Source: an uncultured archaeon (GTDB lineage Archaea; Iainarchaeota; Iainarchaeia; Iainarchaeales; CAZILS01). Taken from it: a stretch of 64,000 nt of DNA. A model generated the notes under the pieces. It was not told where the DNA came from, did not search any database, and saw only the letters and a program-made list of their open reading frames with translations. The stretch lies in assembly GCA_964540145.1 (NCBI GenBank), contig CAZILS010000004.1, positions 605-64,604 on the forward strand. The letters are read 5' to 3'. Each line of letters starts with the position of its first letter. Position 1 is the stretch's first letter. The translations under genes and the position numbers were made by a program. Below, one piece after another: positions 39,596 through 49,357 of this stretch.

Positions 39596-40389
39596 TGATG
39601 TATGATGAGAGAGAAACCAAGCGGTCTTACGAGTACCTGCAAAAGGTGCTTTCTGTTTTGGAAGAGCCCATATGCCTGCTTGGTGGCTGGGCAATATTCC
39701 TGACTGTCAATAAGCCCTACAGGGCCAACGTTGGCAGGGATTATTTGGGTTCAAGGGACATTGATTTGGGATTTCATCTGGAGGAAGGAAAGAGTTTTTC
39801 GAAATCGGCTTTTGCCCATTCAATGAAAAAGCTTGAAGAAGAAGGCTTCAGGGAAGTTGGCGGTAGAATGGTAAAGGAGCTTGATTTTGAAACAGGCAAA
39901 GAACTCTCAAAAGTGGAAGCGCAAGCAAAGCCACCATTTGATATCCACAAAATGTTCGTTGACCTCATGGCGGACCACGCCCCAGAATTCGTCGATGAGA
40001 AAAACCACAAATTGCTTCTTGACGAAACGCTCCTTGAATGTGTTTTTGCAAATAGGGAAAACCGTACCGAGCTTGGAGAGTTCAACAAAAAACTCTGGCT
40101 GCCAAAACCTTGGCTTTTGCTGGCGATGAAAACCAAGTCCCTGCCCGGAAGGCAAAAAGAGGACAAGCGGAAAAAGGATATTGCCGACATTGCCGCACTC
40201 CTTCTTTTTGCCGGGCCGGAAAGTGCCCCCTTGAGAATGCTTGAAGTGTTGAGAAAAGACAAAATACTCCGAAGCTTGAAAGGAATTTCGCAGGCAGAAA
40301 TAAACGAAGCTGAATCATTGCTTGGCGTTCAGCTAAATTCTTTCAGAGCCGCACTGGCCGAAACTATCAACCAGATAGAACAAACTTAA
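39595..40389 (+). CDS. AbiEii-like nucleotidyltransferase toxin
   Basis: LLGGWAI, GSRDIDL, LLAMK, KRKKDIADI. Confidence 0.78.
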   Translation: MMYDERETKRSYEYLQKVLSVLEEPICLLGGWAIFLTVNKPYRANVGRDYLGSRDIDLGFHLEEGKSFSKSAFAHSMKKLEEEGFREVGGRMVKELDFETGKELSKVEAQAKPPFDIHKMFVDLMADHAPEFVDEKNHKLLLDETLLECVFANRENRTELGEFNKKLWLPKPWLLLAMKTKSLPGRQKEDKRKKDIADIAALLLFAGPESAPLRMLEVLRKDKILRSLKGISQAEINEAESLLGVQLNSFRAALAETINQIEQT

Positions 40390-40787
40390 AAGGCAAAATA
40401 AAGAAAATTTTGTTATTTCAAGAATAAAACTTGTGTGGATTATCCTGTTCATCTGTCGTCATCGGGGTGAATAGCCCCTCGGTTCATCGTCAGGTCATCA
40501 TCGGGCAGCATAATTGCCCCTGCAAGGGTTTTTAATCGCTTGCCGGGCACCTTTATTTATGAAGGGAAAGTCCGGAACCAGGGCAGCTGCCCTGTGCCTG
40601 TCGATATGCTGCAGGAGCTCCCCTTGTTTAGGGATTTTGGAATACTTTGCGTCGACCTTTCCGGTTGTAAGGAAAGGGCTGGCGAGGCCATGGGAAGGCT
40701 GCGCACAGCGCTCTCCGGAAAAACCCCCGAAAAGAAGTACGCGAAGTTCACCAGGGGCCGCCGGCTCAAGGAAGCGCCTTAGGAAAC

Positions 40788-41675
40788 TTATTTCTTCGGC
40801 TTCTTTTCTAAGGGAATTATTTTCGGCTTTCCGCCGTCAAGGCCTATCATGTTGATTACCTCGCTCCCCGAGGGAACAACAAGCTTTGCGTTATCTCTCA
40901 ATGAATTCTCCGCAACCTCAAGCCTTTTCAAGGTTACTGCGTTTCCCTTGAAGTATTTCTCCGCAGCTTCATTCACAAGCTTTATGGCTTTTGCATCGGC
41001 CTCGGCCTTCAGCTCAACAGCCCTTGCTTGCCCCTCTGCTTTTTTTATCTCCGCGCGCCTTTCCCCATCTGCGACAATCTCAACAGCGGTCGCCCTGTCC
41101 TTTGCGGCAATCCTTTCGTTCTCCGCCTTGACAACATCATTCATCGTTGCCTGCACATCCTCCGGGGGCTCAATCTCCTTCAGCTCCGACCTCACAATCT
41201 GTATTCCCCAGATATTGGTCTGTTCCCTTAGCTCCTTTGCGAGGGTTGTGTTGAGCCTGTTCCTCTGGTTGTTCGCCTCTGTCAAGGTCATATTTCCAAT
41301 AATGTCCCTCAAGGTTGTCCTTGCGAGGTTCACAATCTGGTATTTGTAGTTGTCGACGTGGTATTGCGATTTCTTAACGCTCTCATCGTCCTGTTGAACC
41401 TTGAAATAAATCTGGGCATCAACCTTGGCGTTTAGGTTGTCCTTTGTGATAACTTCCTGGGATTCGGCATCAACCATCTGCTCCGTGATGTTGATGTAAA
41501 TCATCCTGTCGACAAAAGGTATGAGGAAGTGTATCCCCGCGGAAACAATGCGGTTGAATTTCCCAAACCTTTCCACAACCCCCCTGTGCGTCGGCCTAAC
41601 AATCCTTATCGAAAGGAAAAGAAGCACAGCCAGAACTATTATCACGAAACCCCAAAACATAATATCCAGAACCAT
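40788..41675 (-). CDS. SPFH/band-7 (stomatin/QmcA-like) protein
   Basis: GVVERFGKF, QEVITKDN, TTLRDIIG, WGIQI, AEG.A. Confidence 0.93.
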   Translation of the reverse strand: MVLDIMFWGFVIIVLAVLLFLSIRIVRPTHRGVVERFGKFNRIVSAGIHFLIPFVDRMIYINITEQMVDAESQEVITKDNLNAKVDAQIYFKVQQDDESVKKSQYHVDNYKYQIVNLARTTLRDIIGNMTLTEANNQRNRLNTTLAKELREQTNIWGIQIVRSELKEIEPPEDVQATMNDVVKAENERIAAKDRATAVEIVADGERRAEIKKAEGQARAVELKAEADAKAIKLVNEAAEKYFKGNAVTLKRLEVAENSLRDNAKLVVPSGSEVINMIGLDGGKPKIIPLEKKPKK

Positions 41676-41724
41676 ATCAGCCCCCCTAGTGTAATTTCTG
41701 CCGGAAAGTGAATAAAAAGCTATC

Positions 41725-43599
41725 TTAACCGCGGTTCTTCCACAAAGTTATCCCCAAAAGCAGGAGGGAGGGCGTTAGGAGTACGGCAAAGTCCGAGAGT
41801 AGCGCGGCAAGCGGCAGCCCCCTGGTCATTATCCCCGAGAGTATGTTTGTTGCCGCGGTTAACGGAAGGACTGAGGCAATTGCGTCTATCGGCTGGGGCA
41901 TGAATTCTATGGGGAAAACCATCCCGCTAAGGAACAGCATCGGTATCAGGACAAGCAGCGAGGAAAGGATTGCGGTCGCCTGTGTCTTCATTATTTCCGG
42001 GATGAACAGGCCTATGCAGATGAACGAGAATGAAACTAACGCAAGCGCAATCACAAAGTCTGTTATGTTTGGAGGTATGGGAACGCCGAAAGCAAAGAAC
42101 GCTATCACAAGGATAATCGCAGCTTCAATCAACGCAAAGACCATCTGCCCAAGCATCTTCCCCGCAAGCCAGGATGAGTGTTTGGTGGGGGAGCTCTTCA
42201 GCCTGAAATAAATCCCCTTCTCCCTTTCGATTATGACAGAGGAGCTTGCAAGCAGGAGTGTTGTAAGCAAAAGGATGAGCGCCATGCTCACAGGAACCAT
42301 TGCGCTAACTTTGGTTATCCCATAGACAGGCTCTATCCCCAGCTTGATGGGATTCACAATATACTCGGGGCTGAACTCCTTCAGCCCCTCAAGTGTATTG
42401 ATAAGGCCGGTGAAGGTGTACTTTGCGTTTTTCAACTCGCCAAGCACAAAGACTTTTGACTCATAGGTCGAGGAGACAAGCTCCTTTGACTGGCCTATCA
42501 GGGAGCCTATCTTTGTGAAATCTCCCGAAAACTCCTCTATCTCCGCCTTTGCAAGGTCCAGCCTGGAATCTGCGAGAAGGAGCTTCTCCTCCGCGGCATC
42601 GAGCTTCTGCCTTGTGTCATCTATATCCTTAATTATCTCGTTTATCCCAACGCTCGCTTCCTTCACATCCTGCAAAGAGCTGCTTAGTGTTGAGTGTATC
42701 CCGAAGAGCAGACTTTTCAGCGGCTCATCAGAAATCTCGGCAGCACCGTAAAGGCCGTTTAAATCCTCTTCGAAAGGCAGGAGGACATCATCTATCCGGC
42801 CCCTAACCCCTGCAGCATCCTGCCTATATCCTTCCAAACTTACCTTCATCCCGTTAATGTCGGAAAGTGTGGTGTTGATATCCTGCTTCGATTGCTCATA
42901 ATACTCGTCAAACAATGAAAGCTTTGAAAGTATCTGGTTTGTGTCGATTGAATGTATGCTCTCGTTAAGGTCGAGAAGCTCCCGGTTGGTTGACTCAAGC
43001 TGGCCTATAATCTCATCCGTCTTCCCCGCCTGGTCGGAGATGTTCGAGGTTATTTCATTGAGGTTCTCAAGCAGCGAGGTCAATATCTCCGATGATTTCT
43101 TGAAGCCAATGGCGTTGATTGCAGTCTGCGCCTGCGTAAGTATTGTTCCGGATGCGAACAGCGAGGAATCATCGTATAGGAACTGCGCCTTAATAAAATC
43201 TTTTTTGAATTCAGGCGCCTGCACCACAGCCCCGACAACAACCTCCCCCTTCTTTATCCCCCCAACCAAATTATCTTTTGTGCTGTACTCAACTATGTCA
43301 AGGTATTGGAAAGAGGAAAGTTCGCCCCTAAACGAGTTCGAGTCGAAGAACAGACTTTCTTCGGGAAGGACAAGGCCCATTGCAACATTCTCCAAACCGG
43401 TCTCTCCAAATGAAATGTCAATTACAGAAACCCCGCTCAGGGCAAAAGCAAGCGACGCTATTGCAAGAACAGGGTAGAGGAAGATAAGCGCAATCGCTAT
43501 GTTCTGCGAGCGTATGAGCTGTATTTCCTTTGATGAAAAGGCAATAACCTTCTCAATGCTCCTCGCAAGCGCCTTAAGGTATTCAAAAAAACTACTCAT
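41725..43599 (-). CDS. ABC-2 permease with long extracellular coiled coil
   Basis: IEREKG, LFLSGMVFPIEFMP, LPLT; heptad-rich middle. Confidence 0.85.
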   Translation of the reverse strand: MSSFFEYLKALARSIEKVIAFSSKEIQLIRSQNIAIALIFLYPVLAIASLAFALSGVSVIDISFGETGLENVAMGLVLPEESLFFDSNSFRGELSSFQYLDIVEYSTKDNLVGGIKKGEVVVGAVVQAPEFKKDFIKAQFLYDDSSLFASGTILTQAQTAINAIGFKKSSEILTSLLENLNEITSNISDQAGKTDEIIGQLESTNRELLDLNESIHSIDTNQILSKLSLFDEYYEQSKQDINTTLSDINGMKVSLEGYRQDAAGVRGRIDDVLLPFEEDLNGLYGAAEISDEPLKSLLFGIHSTLSSSLQDVKEASVGINEIIKDIDDTRQKLDAAEEKLLLADSRLDLAKAEIEEFSGDFTKIGSLIGQSKELVSSTYESKVFVLGELKNAKYTFTGLINTLEGLKEFSPEYIVNPIKLGIEPVYGITKVSAMVPVSMALILLLTTLLLASSSVIIEREKGIYFRLKSSPTKHSSWLAGKMLGQMVFALIEAAIILVIAFFAFGVPIPPNITDFVIALALVSFSFICIGLFIPEIMKTQATAILSSLLVLIPMLFLSGMVFPIEFMPQPIDAIASVLPLTAATNILSGIMTRGLPLAALLSDFAVLLTPSLLLLGITLWKNRG

Positions 43600-44524
43600 C
43601 GGGTTTCTCCCCCGTAAGCCTAAGGAACACATCTTCCAAATCCGGTTCTTTAATCAGGCTGCTCTGTATCTCGACCTTATGCTTGGCAAGCAGTGAATTT
43701 ATCTCTGCGAGACTTTTCAGGGAGGACTTTCTTGGGAAGGAAATTGTGATGTTATTTTCCCCCAAATTTATCTCCGCTCCCGGGACTTTCTTCTCAAGGA
43801 CAGGAACTATTTTCTCATTCAATCCCGCCGCCTTTATTCTGATGATTTCCTTTCCCCCGTATTTGTCAATCAGGTTTTCCGGACCGTCTGTCTCAAGCAC
43901 CTTTCCCCCGAACAGGATGGAAACCCGGTCGGAAAGGTATTGCGCCTCATCCAAATAATGGGTTGTGAGGCAGATTGTTTTCCCCTGCCCCTTAAGCTCA
44001 AGTATCTTCTCCCAGAGCAGCTTCCGTATTGCGGGATCCAAGGCAACTGTCGGTTCATCGAGAAAAATTATCTCGGGATTATGTATAAGCGAGCAGCCGA
44101 TATTGAGCAGCCTTCGATAGCCCCCGCTAAGGAACCTTGCCTTCGTGTTCCTGAACTGCCTAAGACCGAGCCAGCCGAGGAGATAATCGCTGCGTTTCCC
44201 CAAATCCGAACCAAAAACATCGAACATCTTGCCGAACAGCTCAAGGTTCTTCTCAACTGTAAAGTCCCCGAAGAAGAACTCCTCCTGCGGAACAACCCCT
44301 ATCCGCCTCTTGTCCCTGCTGCTTTTCCCGAAGAACATTACGCTTCCGTTGTTCGGCTTCTCGATGCCGATAATCAGCTTCATCAAGGTGCTCTTTCCCG
44401 CGCCGTTGGGCCCAAGGAGCGAGTGAATCTCCCCCCGTTCCAGGGAGAAGGAGACATCGAACAGCACTATCTTTTCCCCATATATCTTCGAGACAGACCT
44501 TGCCTCGACAATAGCCTCGCCCAT
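43592..44524 (-). CDS. ABC transporter ATP-binding protein
   Basis: GPNGAGKS, LSGG, FLDEPT, TTHY. Confidence 0.93.
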   Translation of the reverse strand: MGEAIVEARSVSKIYGEKIVLFDVSFSLERGEIHSLLGPNGAGKSTLMKLIIGIEKPNNGSVMFFGKSSRDKRRIGVVPQEEFFFGDFTVEKNLELFGKMFDVFGSDLGKRSDYLLGWLGLRQFRNTKARFLSGGYRRLLNIGCSLIHNPEIIFLDEPTVALDPAIRKLLWEKILELKGQGKTICLTTHYLDEAQYLSDRVSILFGGKVLETDGPENLIDKYGGKEIIRIKAAGLNEKIVPVLEKKVPGAEINLGENNITISFPRKSSLKSLAEINSLLAKHKVEIQSSLIKEPDLEDVFLRLTGEKPDE

Positions 44525-44547
44525 CTTGAAATTAACGCCTAACTCCT

Positions 44548-45258
44548 TTATATCCTTGCCCTTCGCTTTGCGAGGTAGCCTATGCACAGCCCCATAACTA
44601 TTGCGGAAATTATCGCGGCCGCAAGTTCAACAAATGGGAAAGCTATTGGAGCTTCAGCTTCCCCTTCGGGAAGAGGCGCTTCCCACGCATCTATTTGTGG
44701 CTGCGTATCCGAGAGTTCCTCGCCTTCCGCAGGCGCATATGTTTTTACCGGTTCTCTTTCCCCTTTTGCGGAAGTGTCCGCATCGGCACCGGTGTCTGCG
44801 CCGGCAACAGTTTCTGGTGCGGTCATAGGCGCAGGATAAATATCATTTCCGTAAACAGCCTGCCCGGAGTTTCCCGCAACTATCGGCATATCGGAAACGC
44901 CAACTCCCGCCATCATAAGGAAAACCGCCCCAACAAAAACAATCGAGGAAAATCCAAGGATAATCATAACATTTGTCTCGGAAGGGAAGACAACATTCCT
45001 TCCCTTTCTTGTGAGTTCCCAGTACTTCCACTTATACCCTTCATCCTTTTGGGAAATAAGTTCCGCGTTCTGCAGCATATCGAGGTGTTCCTTCACTGTG
45101 CTTGGCTTTAGGTTGTGCTGTTTGGAAAGCTCGCTCAATGTCTTTCTTCTTTCCCCCAGGCTCTTGAGGAGGTTAATTCTCGTATCTGCCGCGAGCGCCT
45201 TGAATGACTCCCTGTCAAGAGTTATTTTCTCCTCCACCATAAACACCTTCATGCCCAA
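44548..45258 (-). CDS. Membrane-tethered ArsR-like HTH regulator
   Basis: FKALAADTRI.LLK.L, TLSELS, TVKEHL..L; two TMs around an acidic loop. Confidence 0.82.
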   Translation of the reverse strand: MGMKVFMVEEKITLDRESFKALAADTRINLLKSLGERRKTLSELSKQHNLKPSTVKEHLDMLQNAELISQKDEGYKWKYWELTRKGRNVVFPSETNVMIILGFSSIVFVGAVFLMMAGVGVSDMPIVAGNSGQAVYGNDIYPAPMTAPETVAGADTGADADTSAKGEREPVKTYAPAEGEELSDTQPQIDAWEAPLPEGEAEAPIAFPFVELAAAIISAIVMGLCIGYLAKRRARI

Positions 45259-45288
45259 AGTTAAATAAAAAACCTCGGTTTTCCGGAT

Positions 45289-45564
45289 TTAATCCAGCCT
45301 CCCGGCAACGATAAATCCCACAAGTCCGGTTGTAAGGCCTATGCCGGCAAGCAAGGCGCTTGCCTTCAATGCCTCAATTTCTTCCGGGGAGGGGGACAGA
45401 ATTTTCCCGGTTGGCGGACCGCGGCTTTGCCCTGCGTTCATGTCTGCAATCCCCTGCGGCGGCACAGCCCCCGAATCCTCGGCAATTGCCATTTCAGGGC
45501 TGGGCAGAAGCCCGGGCATAAGCAGGGCAAGCCCGAAGAACGCAGCGAAGTAATTCCTGCCCAT
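45289..45564 (-). CDS. Small membrane protein
   Basis: Signal peptide plus C-terminal TM. Confidence 0.5.
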   Translation of the reverse strand: MGRNYFAAFFGLALLMPGLLPSPEMAIAEDSGAVPPQGIADMNAGQSRGPPTGKILSPSPEEIEALKASALLAGIGLTTGLVGFIVAGRLD

Positions 45565-45638
45565 GGATAATTATGGCAAGGGCTTTGTTAATAGGTTTTT
45601 GAAATAGTTAGGGAAACACCTAACTGCCTAAGGCTGAA

Positions 45639-46097
45639 TTATCCCGAGCAATATCCGACCAAAGGTTTGTCCCCGCTTTCAAGGACATGGGTTAGGTCCT
45701 GTGTTGAATAGTTTATATCTATATAGTAGCTGAACACACTCCCGGACCGGCAGGCCTTTCCCATCGTGATATCAAGCCTCTTCTTCTCGCCGGGGGCATA
45801 ATTTGTGTCGTTGATAAGTATGGCATTTCCATCGACAATAAACTCCTCAACAGAGATGTTTCTCACAGTGTTGTTCTGCAGTATGAACTCTGTTTCACTT
45901 TCATTAGGCGTTACTTTCCATTCCACAACCGCAAGGGGGTATGCGCTTTCCCAGTATGCCCTGCTTTCTTTCTCGGTTATGCCTGTCGCAACTCCCGGAA
46001 ACCAGCCCATAACCCCGACCACAATAAGCGCTATGATAATGATTATCGCAAGCAGAACGAGATATTCGGTTGCTCCCTGCCCTTTCAATCTTCCCAT
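45639..46097 (-). CDS. Type IV pilin (class III signal peptide)
   Basis: KGQGATEYLVLL; paralog of the neighbouring pilins. Confidence 0.88.
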   Translation of the reverse strand: MGRLKGQGATEYLVLLAIIIIIALIVVGVMGWFPGVATGITEKESRAYWESAYPLAVVEWKVTPNESETEFILQNNTVRNISVEEFIVDGNAILINDTNYAPGEKKRLDITMGKACRSGSVFSYYIDINYSTQDLTHVLESGDKPLVGYCSG

Positions 46098-46210
46098 ACT
46101 ATCGGGGAGATATAGGCTTTTCAGGTATTTAAATATACCCTAAAGAAAAAAGAAAAAGGTTTCCCCCCGCGCCCTTGCGGAAGGAGGGGGCAACGAAACT
46201 AAACTTTGCC

Positions 46211-46687
46211 TTATGCGCAGTCGCCGACAAGCGGCTTTGCGCCAATCTGCTTCAGCCCCGATATCTTCTGGGTGTCGTAGTTGATATTGACATCAAGGCT
46301 GTATGGCTGTCCCGCGCTGCATGTGAACCCCGTCAGCGCAACCACTGTCTTGGTCTCGCCTGCGGTGAACTCAAGGTTAGCCGAACCTGTATTGAAGTCC
46401 CCGCTGCTGGTGTTTATGTCCTGCAGGGTTATCTTCTTGCTGGTCATGTTCTGTATCGCGAATTCCGCATCAGTTGCTCCTGTAGAGGTAACCTTCCAGT
46501 CCACAATTGCGAACGGATATGTGCCCTCCCAGTAGGCCCTGCTCTGCGCAGCGGTTATCCCGGTGCCAACGCCCGGCATCCAGCCCATGACCCCGACAAC
46601 AACCAATGCAATAACAATGATAACCGCGAGGATTATCAGGTATTCGGTTGCGCCCTGGCCCTTTGAATTGATTTCCATCTTTAGCAT
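46211..46687 (-). CDS. Type IV pilin, probable major pilin (copy 1)
   Basis: KGQGATEYLIIL; GGAGG SD; TATA box upstream. Confidence 0.9.
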   Translation of the reverse strand: MLKMEINSKGQGATEYLIILAVIIVIALVVVGVMGWMPGVGTGITAAQSRAYWEGTYPFAIVDWKVTSTGATDAEFAIQNMTSKKITLQDINTSSGDFNTGSANLEFTAGETKTVVALTGFTCSAGQPYSLDVNINYDTQKISGLKQIGAKPLVGDCA

Positions 46688-46830
46688 CCCTCCTTTGGTT
46701 ATTTAATCTAAAAAGGGTGTTTAAACTACTATATAAAGCTGTTCTTTGAAAGCTGCTTTAAACCGAAAAAGAAAAAGGTTTCCCCCCCGCTCCCTTGCGG
46801 GAGGAGGAGGCAACGAAACTAAACTTTGCC

Positions 46831-47307
46831 TTATGCGCAGTCGCCGACAAGCGGCTTTGCGCCAATCTGCTTCAGCCCCGATATCTTCTGGGTGTCGTAG
46901 TTGATATTGACATCAAGGCTGTATGGCTGTCCCGCGCTGCATGTGAACCCCGTCAGCGCAACCACTGTCTTGGTCTCGCCTGCGGTGAACTCAAGGTTAG
47001 CCGAACCTGTATTGAAGTCCCCGCTGCTGGTGTTTATGTCCTGCAGGGTTATCTTCTTGCTGGTCATGTTCTGTATCGCGAATTCCGCATCAGTTGCTCC
47101 TGTAGAGGTAACCTTCCAGTCCACAATTGCGAACGGATATGTGCCCTCCCAGTAGGCCCTGCTCTGCGCAGCGGTTATCCCGGTGCCAACGCCCGGCATC
47201 CAGCCCATGACCCCGACAACAACCAATGCAATAACAATGATAACCGCGAGGATTATCAGGTATTCGGTTGCGCCCTGGCCCTTTGAATTGATTTCCATCT
47301 TTAGCAT
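46831..47307 (-). CDS. Type IV pilin, identical copy 2
   Basis: 46189-46707 matches 46809-47327 (offset 620). Confidence 0.9.
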   Translation of the reverse strand: MLKMEINSKGQGATEYLIILAVIIVIALVVVGVMGWMPGVGTGITAAQSRAYWEGTYPFAIVDWKVTSTGATDAEFAIQNMTSKKITLQDINTSSGDFNTGSANLEFTAGETKTVVALTGFTCSAGQPYSLDVNINYDTQKISGLKQIGAKPLVGDCA

Positions 47308-47396
47308 CCCTCCTTTGGTTATTTAATTGGAGTATTGTTGTTTTTCAAGGTATATAAACCTTGTGCATATGGCATTTCTCAATCCCTTTCTCGGCA

Positions 47397-48467
47397 TTAT
47401 ATCACGAAGAATCCTGAAAGGACAACCCTTGCGATGAAGAACATTATTATGGAGGCTATCGCCATTGCGGGGGTGTATTTCACGCCGAGCAACGGCTTTC
47501 CCGTGTTTAGCACCCCCATAAACATGCTCGCAAGTATCGCATTCCCCATGAGCAGGGCATAGGCGATGACATAAACATCCTCCGAGGTTATGGAGAGCTC
47601 GCTTCCCAGAAACCCCACAGAAGTTCCGGCAGTGCCACCCACAACAGGGTTTTGCGCCTGTATCTCCGAAATCATATCAAGGAACTGTATGGAAATCGAG
47701 AGCAACATCGGCGCCCCAATAACGACGACAAACGCGACAAACATCACATACATCCTTGTGCTCGAGTACAGCTCCTCTTTCATCTCCTGGGTTTGCCTCA
47801 AATCAAAGGCAGTTGTTTCGAGAAGCTTGGAAAGTTTCCCCCCTGAACGCATAGCCTGCGAGAAGAACCATATGGTCTCTTTCAGCACCCGTGAGTTCAG
47901 CCTGTTCGACAGTTCCTTAAGCGCCTGGCTGAATGACTGCGTTCCCAATGATTTCGAGGTCGCGATTTTTATCTCTTCGCTAAGGGGGCCGAACTCCTTC
48001 CTTGCGGCGTTCCTGAATGCCGAGAAAGGGGTCATTCCCGCATTGATGTGGCTCGCAACCAAAAGGAGAAAATCCGGGAGTATCTCCTCGACAAACCGTG
48101 TCCTGCCCTCAATCATGTAGTAGAGGTGTAGATAAACCGCACCAAGCACAATTGCCATGAAAACAGGGGCCATCACAACCGAGAACAAGGCGGGCATAAC
48201 AAGGGGCTGCAGGGAGACTATGCCGAGGGGGTCCAGCGAGATTATGTCAGCCAGCCCGAAAGGAAGCAGCCCAAAATATTTCGGCAGCGTCCAGGGAATA
48301 AGGAATCCTATAACCCCGAAAAGCAGGGCAAGCAGCATCTTTTTCCCTACCCAAAAATCATAGTCCTCGGAAATCCCCCCGAAGCGGAGCTGCCTGTAAA
48401 TAAAATCCTTTCTCCCCCCCTCCGCAAGGGCCTTCTCCGCTATGCTCTTGCTTATTCTTTCGTACAT
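47397..48467 (-). CDS. TadC-like pilus platform protein
   Basis: VEEILPDFL..ASHINAGM, FGPLSEE, SGG.LS.LLE. Confidence 0.88.
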   Translation of the reverse strand: MYERISKSIAEKALAEGGRKDFIYRQLRFGGISEDYDFWVGKKMLLALLFGVIGFLIPWTLPKYFGLLPFGLADIISLDPLGIVSLQPLVMPALFSVVMAPVFMAIVLGAVYLHLYYMIEGRTRFVEEILPDFLLLVASHINAGMTPFSAFRNAARKEFGPLSEEIKIATSKSLGTQSFSQALKELSNRLNSRVLKETIWFFSQAMRSGGKLSKLLETTAFDLRQTQEMKEELYSSTRMYVMFVAFVVVIGAPMLLSISIQFLDMISEIQAQNPVVGGTAGTSVGFLGSELSITSEDVYVIAYALLMGNAILASMFMGVLNTGKPLLGVKYTPAMAIASIIMFFIARVVLSGFFVI

Positions 48468-49354
48468 CAGAACATCACCATCGGAATCCTGTTTTTAATG
48501 AAGCCTATAAGCACAACCTGTATCGCGAATGCCGCAAACACGACAAACCATAGCTGGAGAGGGTCTATGCTTGCGCCGCCTATCGCGGAAAGTATAATCA
48601 TGAAGGTTATCCCTATTGTGGGCACAGCCGCGGCAAGGAGAAGGTAAATGAGTATCCAGAGGTTAAGCTCCGCGGCATAGTTCTTGATTGCCCTTAGCTG
48701 GTAGTTTGTGAGGCTCGTGACAGATGCGTTGAGCGCCCCAACCAGAGAGGCCCCGCTCCTCAACGAGGTTATCAACTGCCAGGTTATTTTCTTGAGGTGC
48801 TCGGACCTTGTCCTTATCGCAAGCTTTTCCATTGCCTTCGTTTCGGACTCGCCCGCGGAAACCTCCTTGACAACCTCCTCGAACTCCTCGGACATCTTCC
48901 CGTACTTTGCCTTCGCAACATTCGAGAGCGCATCGAAAAGGCTTATCCCGGAGGTTATCTGTATCAGTATGCTCTTCAGCGCAAACAGCAGGCTCTTGTC
49001 AATCTTTTCGGCAATCTGCTTTGCCATTACCCCTGGGTAAATCACGTGCAGCATAAAGAACATCAGGCCCCCGAGAACGCCCCCGAGCGCGGCGGATGCG
49101 TAATGCGAGTTTTCAATAGCCCCCGCCCTCGCAAAGAGCAGCGCAAACACAAACCCGAAGAAAAGCAAGCCGTAAACAACCGCGGAAAATACAGATGCGG
49201 TAAGATACCTCGGCGCATCGATATCAAGCTCGGCTTTCTGCAGGTCGTACTTCGTGGAAAAGAGAAGCCTCGAAAGCCTTTCCCCAATCCAGAGAAAGCG
49301 CCTGTTTATCCTATTTGCCTTTTCAATGGAAAACAGCATGAACCGTACTCTCAC
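48467..49354 (-). CDS. TadB/TadC-like pilus platform protein
   Basis: IDKSLLFAL..SGISLFDAL, YG.MSEEF. Confidence 0.88.
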   Translation of the reverse strand: MRVRFMLFSIEKANRINRRFLWIGERLSRLLFSTKYDLQKAELDIDAPRYLTASVFSAVVYGLLFFGFVFALLFARAGAIENSHYASAALGGVLGGLMFFMLHVIYPGVMAKQIAEKIDKSLLFALKSILIQITSGISLFDALSNVAKAKYGKMSEEFEEVVKEVSAGESETKAMEKLAIRTRSEHLKKITWQLITSLRSGASLVGALNASVTSLTNYQLRAIKNYAAELNLWILIYLLLAAAVPTIGITFMIILSAIGGASIDPLQLWFVVFAAFAIQVVLIGFIKNRIPMVMF

Positions 49355-49357
49355 CAG

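Larger units (their letters stand above)
38717..40507. mobile_element. Islet flanked by 58-bp exact direct repeats (38717-38774, 40450-40507), carrying an AbiE-like gene pair; no integrase inside
   Basis: Repeats identical at offset 1733 and equal to the 5' 58 nt of the C/D sRNA; interior visibly AT-richer. Confidence 0.75.

Noticed and set aside
40514..40855. Short ORFs right of the islet
   Set aside because: Several competing frames with no recognisable family; cannot choose one
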